Assembly (NCBI GenBank): GCA_025449645.1
Contig: JANWIY010000015.1
Coordinates: 6,615-70,614 of the forward strand
Source: Chitinophagaceae bacterium
GTDB taxonomy: Bacteria; Bacteroidota; Bacteroidia; Chitinophagales; Chitinophagaceae
Length of the DNA stretch: 64,000 bases
Direction of reading: 5' to 3'
A model generated the notes under the pieces. It saw nothing but the letters and a program-made list of their open reading frames with translations. It was not told the origin of the DNA and searched no databases. The position numbers and the translations under genes are program-made. Positions 9,980 through 19,609 of this stretch are shown one piece after another. The first letter of the stretch is position 1, and the number at the start of each line of letters is the position of its first letter.

Positions 9980-10492
9980 TTAATTTCCGCCCGTCCCGAC
10001 TATTTTTTGTACTTCCGCGAATGGCATGGTTTTCATTTCCTGTATCGTATGGCCCTGAATAGTGCCCGAGGACTTATTGCCTTCAATTTTCGAACCGGGG
10101 ATCGTTACATATCTATAAGGCAAACCGGTTACATCAGATGTCGCTATGATATTAATCTGTCCAAGGGAATAATCTTCGGAAATAAAGTAATTCAGGGAAG
10201 AAACGGGAACGACGTGATAAGTTCCATTGCTTTCCTGGAAGTTGACATAGGTAAGTATTATTCCGCTATCAAGAATCCCCTGTGTTATTGAGGGGGCGGA
10301 AAGCGTATCTTCAAATAAGGTGTCATCAGCATTATAGGTACTGTTCAGGGTTATCCATTGCGAATAAACCACGCTGTCTGGTCCGGCCGGACCCCGGGGA
10401 CCAATGGGACCCTGATCCCCTTTTTTGCTGCAACCAACCATACCCATCACGATAACGGAGTTCAGGATGAGAATCAATCTGCTAATTTTCAT
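9980..10492 (-). CDS. Lipoprotein with short collagen-like (Gly-X-Y) segment
   Basis: Lipobox MVGC followed by GDQGPIGPRGPAGP and VVYSQW. Confidence 0.75.
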   Translation of the reverse strand: MKISRLILILNSVIVMGMVGCSKKGDQGPIGPRGPAGPDSVVYSQWITLNSTYNADDTLFEDTLSAPSITQGILDSGIILTYVNFQESNGTYHVVPVSSLNYFISEDYSLGQINIIATSDVTGLPYRYVTIPGSKIEGNKSSGTIQGHTIQEMKTMPFAEVQKIVGTGGN

Positions 10493-10634
10493 TTTGCTTT
10501 TTTTAATAATGAATATCTTGCAAGTTAGCTTTTCCGCAAGAAACTTTAAATCACATTTCGGAGATTAATTTACAGCCCCGGCTCTGTTTAATTTATACGG
10601 TAATAGAGTTAAAGGGTTGCCTAAACTGGCCTGC

Positions 10635-11258
10635 TCAGGCAGATAGGGGGGTATTATCCTTAAAGCGCCATAAATGAAGGCAGGCAAAGGTCCGGTATGG
10701 CGCCCATTTTGCGGAAATCCTGAGCATATCTTCTCTCAGTTTTTTCCTGTTGGCCTTATCAAGCTTGTAAATTCTTACCATAGCCTTTTGTATACCGAGA
10801 TCATCCACCGCAAACACGTCTTCTCTTCCCAGGCTAAACATTAATAACATTTCTGCCGTCCACCTTCCTGCTCCTTTAATCTGCGTGAAGTGTTCAATCA
10901 GTTCATCATTATCCATTTTACTCAGCAATTTATGGTCCATGCCCTCTTCGAGGGCAAACCGGGCTACGTTCTGGATATAACTCACTTTTGCACCGGACAG
11001 GCCGATGCCTCGCAGCATCTCGTAGGATGTATCCAGTATTTTTTGCGGTGTAGGTTTACCTGAATATAATTTTATAAACCGTTTTTGGATCACGGCAGCC
11101 ACCCTTGTGGAGAGTTGCTGGCTCATGATGGAACCGCACAAATGGAGATAGATCTGGGTGCGCCTGATTAGCTTAACGGATTCCTGCCGCGCAAGTAATT
11201 TTGCAAGCTTTTTATCTTTGGAAAGATGCGCAATGTAGGGAAATGTTGAAGATGGCAT
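10635..11258 (-). CDS. DNA-3-methyladenine glycosylase II (AlkA/HhH-GPD family)
   Basis: SIMSQQLS, GLS..K, IKGAGRWTAEM, VDDLG, WAPYRT. Confidence 0.9.
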   Translation of the reverse strand: MPSSTFPYIAHLSKDKKLAKLLARQESVKLIRRTQIYLHLCGSIMSQQLSTRVAAVIQKRFIKLYSGKPTPQKILDTSYEMLRGIGLSGAKVSYIQNVARFALEEGMDHKLLSKMDNDELIEHFTQIKGAGRWTAEMLLMFSLGREDVFAVDDLGIQKAMVRIYKLDKANRKKLREDMLRISAKWAPYRTFACLHLWRFKDNTPLSA

Positions 11259-11276
11259 GTCCGTAATTTAAGTCAA

Positions 11277-12233
11277 TTAGTAAACCAGGATTTCATCGAC
11301 CTTAAACAATACACCATTGGTTGCCATTTGATTTACTGAAACAATATCGGAGAAATTGCTATGAGCCTTTAACTGAACCTGGGCCGCAACGCCGGATAAA
11401 TTAAAATAAAGTGTACTGTCGTTCACTGTCAGCAGGGTGCTGCTGTCTGAAATATCATAACTAAATAACCGCTGGGCAACCAAATTGGATGTAATGAATA
11501 ATCTTAGGGAATCAGGATTTACTGTGTTCAAATCCTGAGGAGAATTATAACCGAGTTTTCGGAAAGCATCGTTATCAGGCGCAAAAAAAGTATAAGGTCC
11601 GCCGGAAACAAGATCCGTGGTCAAACTATCTGGAGTCGCCGTTGCCAGCTGGACTGCGTTGGAAAGAAAACTAAGAGAGGTATCGGCATTGATCAGTTGC
11701 AGCAGATTTTTTGAGGGTGGTATTAGTATGCCCTGTAATGCATGAAGCACGCCATTGGCTGCAATCAGATCCACCGCGATCACAGGAACACCATTTATCC
11801 AAATGGCGTTGGAATCCCCGGTAATAAAAACAGAGTCTCCGTTTGCCATTACCACTTTCAGCTCCTTTGTGCCTATAAGTGATGAGGATGTCATGGCCGC
11901 ACCGGCAATTGTATGATAAAGCACCAGGTCCTTTGATTGGGAAGGAGAAGTGCTGTTGATGACAGACTGGTTGATCCCCGCCTGATTCATCGCATCATCT
12001 GTGGGTACAAATACGGTAAATGGTCCGGCCCCATTGAACGTGGAATCCAATCCCGCCTGTTTGATGGCAGATTCAAAAAGGGTCGTATTGGTGCCATTGG
12101 CCAGGATATAGGATATGGTGGATGTTTTATAATTTATGCTTTGGGGATTCTTCTTATTGCAACCCAACCCGGAAAGGAAGGCACCAGCGATCAGAAGAAA
12201 TAAGATGAGCCTGTTGCCGGAAAATGTTCTCAT
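11277..12233 (-). CDS. Fasciclin (FAS1) domain lipoprotein, two domains
   Basis: Lipobox GLGC; FTVFVPTDDA, YTFFAPDNDAF and NGVLH/NGVLFKVD motifs. Confidence 0.88.
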   Translation of the reverse strand: MRTFSGNRLILFLLIAGAFLSGLGCNKKNPQSINYKTSTISYILANGTNTTLFESAIKQAGLDSTFNGAGPFTVFVPTDDAMNQAGINQSVINSTSPSQSKDLVLYHTIAGAAMTSSSLIGTKELKVVMANGDSVFITGDSNAIWINGVPVIAVDLIAANGVLHALQGILIPPSKNLLQLINADTSLSFLSNAVQLATATPDSLTTDLVSGGPYTFFAPDNDAFRKLGYNSPQDLNTVNPDSLRLFITSNLVAQRLFSYDISDSSTLLTVNDSTLYFNLSGVAAQVQLKAHSNFSDIVSVNQMATNGVLFKVDEILVY

Positions 12234-12325
12234 ACGCTATACTGTTTCAGTTTGCTGTGCATTTTTAAATGACCTTGTCTGCAATACGTAAAAAAATGAA
12301 TTTCGGTATGCTGGCCAGATAATTT

Positions 12326-13816
12326 TTATTCCAGGGTAAAGCTCACCCGTCCATCCTTTTCATCTTTGAGAAGGATCCCGATCTCCAGCAATTGATTCCG
12401 GATCAGGTCCGAGGTCAGGTAGTCCTTTTTGGACCTGGCTTCCTTCCGGATATCGATCAGCAGGTCCATTATACCCTGAAGCCGCCCGGAATCCTGTCCG
12501 TTTTCATCCTTCAGGCCCATGACATCTTCAAGGTAGTTTTTAAACTGCTTCTTAACATAAGACAAGGTTTCAGGGGAAAGGGTTGTTTTTTCCAGGTCGC
12601 CGCTCCGGAATGAATTGATATGATTGACGAGATTAAACATATTGGCCAGCACCCTGGCTGTATTAAAATCATCATTCATGAAATCATCAAACTCCAGGCA
12701 TAATGAATTGAACTGCGTCTCGAGCTGCGGGTTGATTTCTTTCAGAGGATCGCTCGTCATCTTCCCGAGTTCCAGGTACGCATCCCATAGTCGTTTGAGT
12801 CCTTTTTCTGCGGCCTGTAAAGCTTCGTTGCCAAAATCCAGTGTGCTCCGGTAATGGGTTTGTAAAATGAAAAAACGGATGGTCATTGGGTGATAAGCCT
12901 GGGTAAGCAGCGGACTGTTGCCGGTGAACATGTCCGTCAGGCGGATCACATTATTATAACTTTTTCCCATTTTCTTACCATTGATGGTAATCATGTTGTT
13001 GTGCAGCCAGTATCTGGCCGGCACATGGTGATTACAAATGGTGCTTTGAGCAATTTCACTTTCATGATGTGGAAACATCAGGTCCATGCCGCCGCCATGA
13101 ATATCAAATTCAGTTCCGAGGTATTTCGTGCTCATTGCGGAGCATTCAATATGCCATCCGGGGAAACCCTCTCCCCATGGGCTTGTCCACCGCATGATAT
13201 GGCCGGGAGGTGCAACTTTCCATAATGCAAAATCCTGACGGTTGCGTTTTTCTTCCTGGCTCTCGAGGTCGCGCGTGGTTTCAAGCAGTTCATCCAGCTT
13301 ACGGCCGCTTAATTTTCCGTAAGGGTATTTTGCAGCATATTTTTTCACATCGAAATAAACGGATCCATTCACTACATAGGCATATTCTGCCGCTATAATC
13401 TGTTTGATCATTTCAATCTGCTCCACGATATGGCCCGTGGCTGTGGGCTCAATACTCGGATCCAGATTATTGAACTGATGCATAGCCCAATGAAAGAGAT
13501 TGGTGTATTTCTGCACGAGCTCCATAGGTTCCATTTTTTCGATCACTGCTTTTTTGGAGATCTTGTCTTCGGCTGCTCTTCCCTCTTCCTCAAAATGGCC
13601 TGCGTCGGTGATATTCCTCACGTAGCGTACTTTATAACCCAGGTACAAAAGATATCTGTAGATCACATCAAAAGTGATAAATCCCCGGGCATGGCCCAGG
13701 TGGCTTTCCCCGCTGACGGTTGGTCCGCACACATACATTCCCACGTGCTGCGGAGTTAATGGAAAGAATTCCTCTTTTTGCCTGCTGTATGAATTATAAA
13801 CTTTTAAGTTGCTCAT
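12326..13816 (-). CDS. cysS: Cysteine--tRNA ligase
   Basis: [36 protein letters not shown]; start ATG 13816 supported by TATATTTG at 13826-13833. Confidence 0.97.
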   Translation of the reverse strand: MSNLKVYNSYSRQKEEFFPLTPQHVGMYVCGPTVSGESHLGHARGFITFDVIYRYLLYLGYKVRYVRNITDAGHFEEEGRAAEDKISKKAVIEKMEPMELVQKYTNLFHWAMHQFNNLDPSIEPTATGHIVEQIEMIKQIIAAEYAYVVNGSVYFDVKKYAAKYPYGKLSGRKLDELLETTRDLESQEEKRNRQDFALWKVAPPGHIMRWTSPWGEGFPGWHIECSAMSTKYLGTEFDIHGGGMDLMFPHHESEIAQSTICNHHVPARYWLHNNMITINGKKMGKSYNNVIRLTDMFTGNSPLLTQAYHPMTIRFFILQTHYRSTLDFGNEALQAAEKGLKRLWDAYLELGKMTSDPLKEINPQLETQFNSLCLEFDDFMNDDFNTARVLANMFNLVNHINSFRSGDLEKTTLSPETLSYVKKQFKNYLEDVMGLKDENGQDSGRLQGIMDLLIDIRKEARSKKDYLTSDLIRNQLLEIGILLKDEKDGRVSFTLE

Positions 13817-13838
13817 GCCTTCGCCCAAATATAAACAT

Positions 13839-14972
13839 TTATCGCTTTGAGTCCTGTAGCTGAAGGTCTGCCAACACCGGATGGTGATCTGAAAATGGAG
13901 ATACTATTTTCGAGCATTGCAAAATATTAAATGATTTGTCCGGCAGAATATAGTCAATCCGTAAAGTGGGAGAAATATGAATATATGTTCTGCCAATCCC
14001 AAAGGAACTCGCAATGAAAGCATCCTGACGATTGCCCCTGATGTGAAAATAAGTATAGGAATTCGGAACATCATTGAAGTCTCCGCAGATGATGACCGGG
14101 TAAGGACTCGCATCCAAATGTCTTCTCACAGTATCCGCCTGGTATCCGCGCAGGCTCAAAGCAAATTTCAATTTTTTTGCAAGAGATCGGGAAGCCTGCA
14201 ACAGGCTGTCTTCTGCATTTCGGATGATTTCTACATCGCGAAAATCTTTGGGTTTGAAAAGTACCGATTGCAGATGAACGGTAAATATCCGGATGCGTTT
14301 CCCATTCACATCAATATCCGCATCAATAAGGCTTTCCGTGCTGCCCGAAGTATCCTGACCAAATGTTTGCCTTTCATTTCTCAGGATCGGATACCTGGAA
14401 AAAATAATTAAGCCGGTCGTATATTTAGCTATCCTGTTGTGGTAATCGCGCGAAAAAAAGTAATAGGGGAAATGCAGCTTATCCCGGATGTACCGGATAT
14501 TGGAAAATGAAGAATCATCGGGTTCATAGAATTCCTGAAAGCAAAGCAGGTCGGCTTGTTGTTTGTCCACCATGTCCAGCATGCGGGGCCGATGACCGGA
14601 CGCACCGGTTTTTTTTGTGATGAACTCGTCCCACCTGCGCACGTTCCAGGTCATGATCCGGATTGCGTTTTCATGCTTATGATAAAAATCTTTCCTGCCC
14701 GGATTCATTCCGAAGAAAGCATGGATATTCTGCCAGCCAATGATCAGGGATATTAGCGAAATGAGTGACCATCTGGGAGAAATAAAAAGCCAGAGAAACA
14801 AAAAACACAATAGGATCAAAAGGAATATTGGGAAAAAAAAGGCAAGTAGTGAAATAAACCACCATTTATCCGGATGAAGAAAGGCATTGCAGCAGGTGAT
14901 CAGGAAAAGCAATGAAATCAGAATATTCAGCAGAATGACGAAGCGTTTGGTAAATTTCCGCAGTGATGCCAT
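13839..14972 (-). CDS. Membrane-anchored endonuclease/exonuclease/phosphatase (EEP) family protein
   Basis: 3 N-terminal TM segments; MTWNV, CFQE, HLQS, GDFND, RIDYI, SDH.P. Confidence 0.9.
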   Translation of the reverse strand: MASLRKFTKRFVILLNILISLLFLITCCNAFLHPDKWWFISLLAFFFPIFLLILLCFLFLWLFISPRWSLISLISLIIGWQNIHAFFGMNPGRKDFYHKHENAIRIMTWNVRRWDEFITKKTGASGHRPRMLDMVDKQQADLLCFQEFYEPDDSSFSNIRYIRDKLHFPYYFFSRDYHNRIAKYTTGLIIFSRYPILRNERQTFGQDTSGSTESLIDADIDVNGKRIRIFTVHLQSVLFKPKDFRDVEIIRNAEDSLLQASRSLAKKLKFALSLRGYQADTVRRHLDASPYPVIICGDFNDVPNSYTYFHIRGNRQDAFIASSFGIGRTYIHISPTLRIDYILPDKSFNILQCSKIVSPFSDHHPVLADLQLQDSKR

Positions 14973-14984
14973 GGAAGGCCCAAG

Positions 14985-15908
14985 TTACAAATCTTCCTCT
15001 TCTGCTGCCCGCCTCAGAATGTCTTTTTCTTCGCTGGTAAGATAGCGGTATCCCTGTTGATTTATTTTGTCCAGGATCTCGTCAATCCTTTTCTGAGTGA
15101 TATTGGGTATTTTCTTAAATGGCTGGGTTCCTGCCACATGATAGTAAAATTCGTCTTTGGGTCTCGTTTTTTTCTTTTTATCTGGATTGAACAGGTCATT
15201 AAGCCAGTCGAAAAACTGGTTTATCCAGATACTGGCATCTCTCCCTCTTCGCAATTGATAAACAAACAGGAACCCGATGCCCGCTGCACCTGCATTTGCG
15301 GTATATGACCCTGTGTCGCCATACCCAATGCTGGAAAAATTGATCAGCAAAAATATCAGGGTCAATACCCAGAGGGGAATGCCGCCATTGATCATGGGGA
15401 AGATCCGGTAATCCGGAGAAACCGTGGTGGTGGCTATGGCCAGCGCAGCGATGGCGCAATTTGCGCCTGAGAGTGTATCCAGATCGATTTTTCCACGGAG
15501 ATCAGGAAGTATGAGATGGCAGACTACAAACAAAACGGCCCCGGTAAGGCCTCCATAAAGATAAATTGGAATGATTTTTCTGTTCCCTGTAAGGTCCTGC
15601 AAAATATAACCAAAACTCCAAAGCCAGAATATGTTGGAAATAAACCTGAATACCTCGTGATCAGAAAACATATAACTGATCAGCGTCCAGGGCCGCATGA
15701 CAATTTTTCCCGGTGCGGCAGGCAGCGAAAACCAGCTGTACACCTGAGTGTAAAACGTGGGAGCCATGGCGTTACTCACCAGATAGACAACATAAATAAA
15801 TTTCAGGATAACAAATAGGACTGCATTCAGGATAAGGAGTTGGATCAGCGCATTTCCATCCTGGCCCAGGTTCATTCGTTTCCGGTAATTGTCTTCTTTC
15901 ACATTCAT
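14985..15908 (-). CDS. Rhomboid-family protein with C-terminal DUF6576-like tail, catalytic residues degenerate
   Basis: PWTLISYMF, IYLYGG and IDEILDKI..GY..LT.EEK tail; GANC in place of GxSG. Confidence 0.85.
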   Translation of the reverse strand: MNVKEDNYRKRMNLGQDGNALIQLLILNAVLFVILKFIYVVYLVSNAMAPTFYTQVYSWFSLPAAPGKIVMRPWTLISYMFSDHEVFRFISNIFWLWSFGYILQDLTGNRKIIPIYLYGGLTGAVLFVVCHLILPDLRGKIDLDTLSGANCAIAALAIATTTVSPDYRIFPMINGGIPLWVLTLIFLLINFSSIGYGDTGSYTANAGAAGIGFLFVYQLRRGRDASIWINQFFDWLNDLFNPDKKKKTRPKDEFYYHVAGTQPFKKIPNITQKRIDEILDKINQQGYRYLTSEEKDILRRAAEEEDL

Positions 15909-15991
15909 GGGTCTTCAATGTAAGTTACTGCAGAGAGTAGGGGCCTGACATCAGGACTGTTTTATTAACAGCTGGAATTGATATGAGTTCA

Positions 15992-16690
15992 TTAATAATT
16001 CCGTCTATCTGTTTTTTTCCAGTAAAATACCAATAAGAGACCTACCAGACCGCCGCCCAAATGAGCCCAGTGAGCCACATTATCGCCAGCCGTATTTCTG
16101 ATACCCATGAATAATTCGATGCACACATAACCTAAGACCGCCCATTTAGCTTTTATAGGGAAAAAGAAATACAGGTATAAAAGGCTATTGGGAAAAAGTA
16201 AACCAAACGCAACCATGCAACCAAAAATTGCACCCGAAGCGCCAAGCGTTGCTGAATTTAAGTCAGGATTCGTATACTTAATAATTTCCTGCTGATGATA
16301 AGGTAATGTGGCCAATTCCTGCCATAACGGGGTCAGTTCATGGTACAATACTACCAGATGCAGGATGGCAGCTCCGATTCCGCAGACTGTATAAAAAATA
16401 AGGAAACGCTTGGGTCCCCAAAAATTTTCCAGGATGCTTCCAAACATCCAGAGGATCAGCATATTCCAAAAAATATGCGAAATACTGCCGTGCAGGAACA
16501 TATATGTGACCAATTGGTGGGGGCGGAAAAACACGGATCGGACATCATGAAGTGCAAACAGGTTTTCAATGTTGAAACTGGGATTGTTCTCAAATACTTT
16601 TTGAGCTACAAAAACAAGTGCATTAATAATGATCAGGTTCTTGATTACGGGAGGAATAACCTGAAAGCTTCCCGGTCGAAATTCAGTCAT
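15992..16690 (-). CDS. Rhomboid intramembrane serine protease
   Basis: TYMFLHGS..HI.WNM, GASG, AHWAHLGG. Confidence 0.93.
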   Translation of the reverse strand: MTEFRPGSFQVIPPVIKNLIIINALVFVAQKVFENNPSFNIENLFALHDVRSVFFRPHQLVTYMFLHGSISHIFWNMLILWMFGSILENFWGPKRFLIFYTVCGIGAAILHLVVLYHELTPLWQELATLPYHQQEIIKYTNPDLNSATLGASGAIFGCMVAFGLLFPNSLLYLYFFFPIKAKWAVLGYVCIELFMGIRNTAGDNVAHWAHLGGGLVGLLLVFYWKKTDRRNY

Positions 16691-16715
16691 ATTTCATCTG
16701 CAATTGGGCTGCAAG

Positions 16716-18122
16716 TTAGTGCTTTAAAAAAAGCCTGGTAACATTTTCAATATGATAGGTATGCGGGAACATATCCACGGGTTGTATTGCAGAAACCCCA
16801 TACCTTTCAGACAGGAGCTGCAGGTCGCGGGCCTGGGTTGCCGGGTTACAGCTCACGTAAACTATTTTTTCGGCTGCGATTTCCAGTAACTTTTTAATGA
16901 GTTTTTCCGTCATCCCGGCTCGGGGGGGATCAGTGACAATAACATCCGGACGGCCATGGGCCTGAAAAAATGAGTCGTTACACAATTCGCTCACGTCGCC
17001 TGTAAAGAAATCTGCATGCTCCACCCGGTTGAATGCTGCATTTTCCTTTGCGTCGCTAACGGCCTCCGGCACGAGCTCCACGCCAATCACCCTCGATGCC
17101 TGATCACTGAGAAAAATTCCGATACTGCCCGTTCCACAATAAAGATCATATATTGTTTCCTTTCCGGTCAGACCCGCGAAGGCCCTGGCTACCTGGTATA
17201 GGCGTTCCGCCTGCGCGGTATTGGTCTGGAAAAAAGATTTGGGTCCTATCTTGAAAGAAAACCTTTCCAGCTTTTCTACAACCCATCCTTTGCCATAAAA
17301 AACGATGGGATCAAGCCCGGCCAGACTATCATTTTTTTTTGGATTGATCGTGTAAAGCAGGGTGGAAATGGAAGGGAACTTTTCCATCATATGGGTTAGT
17401 AGCCCGTTTAACAGCCCTTCATCAAAATATCCCAAAACGATATTCAGCATCAGCTCTCCAGTGCGGCAAAGCCTTACCTGCATCGTGCGAAGAAAACCCT
17501 CATGTCGTAGTATATCATAAAAGGATACTTTGTGCTCTATGGCCCACTGTTTAATCTCTCTCCGGAGAAGATTCGTCGGCTCAGCCTGCAGGAAACAGGT
17601 ATCCACATCCACCACCTTATCAAAAATTCCCCGGGCATGAAAGCCTGCGGCATCCTGGGTGGCAGATATGCCTGTATCCTTTAATTCTTCCCTGAGAAGG
17701 TATTTCCTGTTCGAGAAGGTATATTCAATCTTATTTCGATAGCAGGTGGTTTGGTCCGACCCTAAAATAGGCATCATTTCCGGCAGTTCCATCTTCCCGA
17801 TGCGCTTCAGGCTTTGCCATACCTGATCCTGTTTAAATTCCAGCTGTTTAGAATAGGGAAGCATCTGCCACTGGCATCCACCGCAAATGCCGAAATGCGA
17901 GCAAAAAGGTCTTATCCTTTCCTCCGCATATTCTTCATATGAAAGCACATGGCCTTCAGCCCAGTCCTTTTTATTTCTGGTCAGCTTTACGGTAACCACA
18001 TCCCCTGGAACCGCCTGCCCGATGAAAATAACCTTCCCTTCGTACCTGGCCAGGCTCTTTCCTTCAGCGGCATACCCGGTGACCAGTAGATTTTCTATAA
18101 CAATATTTTTCTTTTTTCCCAC
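16716..18122 (-). CDS. rlmD: 23S rRNA m5U1939 methyltransferase (TRAM domain + 4Fe-4S)
   Basis: C.HF..CGGC, YRNK, SFFQTN, DLYCGTG, DPPRAG, YVSCNP, DMFPHT.H.E; GTG start. Confidence 0.93.
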   Translation of the reverse strand: MGKKKNIVIENLLVTGYAAEGKSLARYEGKVIFIGQAVPGDVVTVKLTRNKKDWAEGHVLSYEEYAEERIRPFCSHFGICGGCQWQMLPYSKQLEFKQDQVWQSLKRIGKMELPEMMPILGSDQTTCYRNKIEYTFSNRKYLLREELKDTGISATQDAAGFHARGIFDKVVDVDTCFLQAEPTNLLRREIKQWAIEHKVSFYDILRHEGFLRTMQVRLCRTGELMLNIVLGYFDEGLLNGLLTHMMEKFPSISTLLYTINPKKNDSLAGLDPIVFYGKGWVVEKLERFSFKIGPKSFFQTNTAQAERLYQVARAFAGLTGKETIYDLYCGTGSIGIFLSDQASRVIGVELVPEAVSDAKENAAFNRVEHADFFTGDVSELCNDSFFQAHGRPDVIVTDPPRAGMTEKLIKKLLEIAAEKIVYVSCNPATQARDLQLLSERYGVSAIQPVDMFPHTYHIENVTRLFLKH

Positions 18123-18159
18123 GGCGGCAAATGTAGGATTATCTTAATTTAGCATTCCT

Positions 18160-19608
18160 ATGATCAACCTCCTGTTTAAAAGAGCTTTTTTACCATTCGT
18201 TTTATTGCTCCTGGCCCAGGCCGGCTTTTCGCAAGGCTATGCCATACACCTTGTTCTGAAACCCTTTGCTCATAGTACGGTATATCTCGGGTACCATTAC
18301 GGAAAAATAAAAGCAGTGGCAGACTCCGTCTTGCTGGACGAAAACGCCGCAGGCGATTTTAAGGGAAAGGATAAGCTTCCCGAAGGCGTTTATTTTATTG
18401 TCTCACCAAAAAAAGTAATTCTTTTCGAATTGCTGATTGGCCGGCAACAACAATTTTCAGTGTCTGCAGACACGGCCAGGATTCCGGAAAGCATAAATTT
18501 TTCAGGTTCGCCGGAAAATAGCGCATTCCAGGAATATACCGCCTTCATGAACACCAGGGGCAGAGAAATCACCGCCTGGCAGTCCCAGTTCTCCCAAACA
18601 AAATCCAAAAAGGATTCCCTTGCCCTTCAGCAAAAAATCCGGAACGCGAGTGAGGAAATAAAATCTTATCGGGAGAAAGTGGAAAATAAAGAGCCCACTT
18701 CTCTGCTGAGTACACTTTTGCTGGCGCTTAAAGAACCCGTAATTCCCCCGGCGCCGGTTAATGCGAACGGGAAGGCTGACAGCAATTTTGCCTACAGGTA
18801 TTATAAAGATCATTATTGGGACAATATTTCCTTCATTGACGAACGATTGATCCGTACGCCGGTTTTTGAACCAAAACTGGACCGGTATTATAAGGATCTC
18901 GTATCGCCTGATCCCGATTCGATCGATCGCGAGATAGATCACATGCTCCTGTACTCCCGCACCAACAAAGAAATGTTCAAATACCTGCTGATCCATTTCG
19001 TACAGAAGTATATCAATCCCGAATACATGGGGCAGGATGCTGTATTTGTACACCTTTTTGAAAAATATATCAATACCGGCCAGGCCGATTTCTTTACCGA
19101 GAAATACCGCAAATTCGTGGATGACCGGGCATACAGCCTGATGGCAAATTTGCTTGGTGCACCCGCGCCGGATCTGGAAATGACCGATACACTTGGGAAA
19201 CTGCAGTCGCTTTACAATGTAAAGGCCGATTTTGTATTGATCTGTTTTTGGGACCCCACCTGCAGTCATTGTAAAGAAACAATTCCAAAAGTGGATTCTA
19301 TTTACCAGGCGAAATGGAAGAAAGAGGGAGTAAAAGTAGTCGGTGTGATGGTTGACGGAGGGAAGGACAACTGGCTCAATTTTATTCGCGACCACAATTT
19401 GAAGGATTGGATAAACGTTTACCAGACAACTGCCCAGCACGACGCAGAAGCTTCGGCTGGACATCCCGACTACCGTCAGTTATATGATGTTTACCAGACT
19501 CCGGTTCTTTATCTGCTGGACAAAGACAAACGGATCATTGCTAAAAAGCTTACCTACCAACAACTCGATGAGGTTATCAGCCTCAAACTGAAAAAGGTTA
19601 ATTCATGA
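18160..19608 (+). CDS. Exported TlpA-like redoxin with N-terminal DUF5106-type region
   Basis: Signal peptide; HYWDN; FWDPTCSHC CxxC; YDVYQTP..YLLD. Confidence 0.8.
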   Translation: MINLLFKRAFLPFVLLLLAQAGFSQGYAIHLVLKPFAHSTVYLGYHYGKIKAVADSVLLDENAAGDFKGKDKLPEGVYFIVSPKKVILFELLIGRQQQFSVSADTARIPESINFSGSPENSAFQEYTAFMNTRGREITAWQSQFSQTKSKKDSLALQQKIRNASEEIKSYREKVENKEPTSLLSTLLLALKEPVIPPAPVNANGKADSNFAYRYYKDHYWDNISFIDERLIRTPVFEPKLDRYYKDLVSPDPDSIDREIDHMLLYSRTNKEMFKYLLIHFVQKYINPEYMGQDAVFVHLFEKYINTGQADFFTEKYRKFVDDRAYSLMANLLGAPAPDLEMTDTLGKLQSLYNVKADFVLICFWDPTCSHCKETIPKVDSIYQAKWKKEGVKVVGVMVDGGKDNWLNFIRDHNLKDWINVYQTTAQHDAEASAGHPDYRQLYDVYQTPVLYLLDKDKRIIAKKLTYQQLDEVISLKLKKVNS

Positions 19609-19609
19609 T

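Noticed and set aside
18502-19464. 320-aa antisense ORF
   Set aside because: Shadow of the well-supported redoxin gene; no recognisable motifs.
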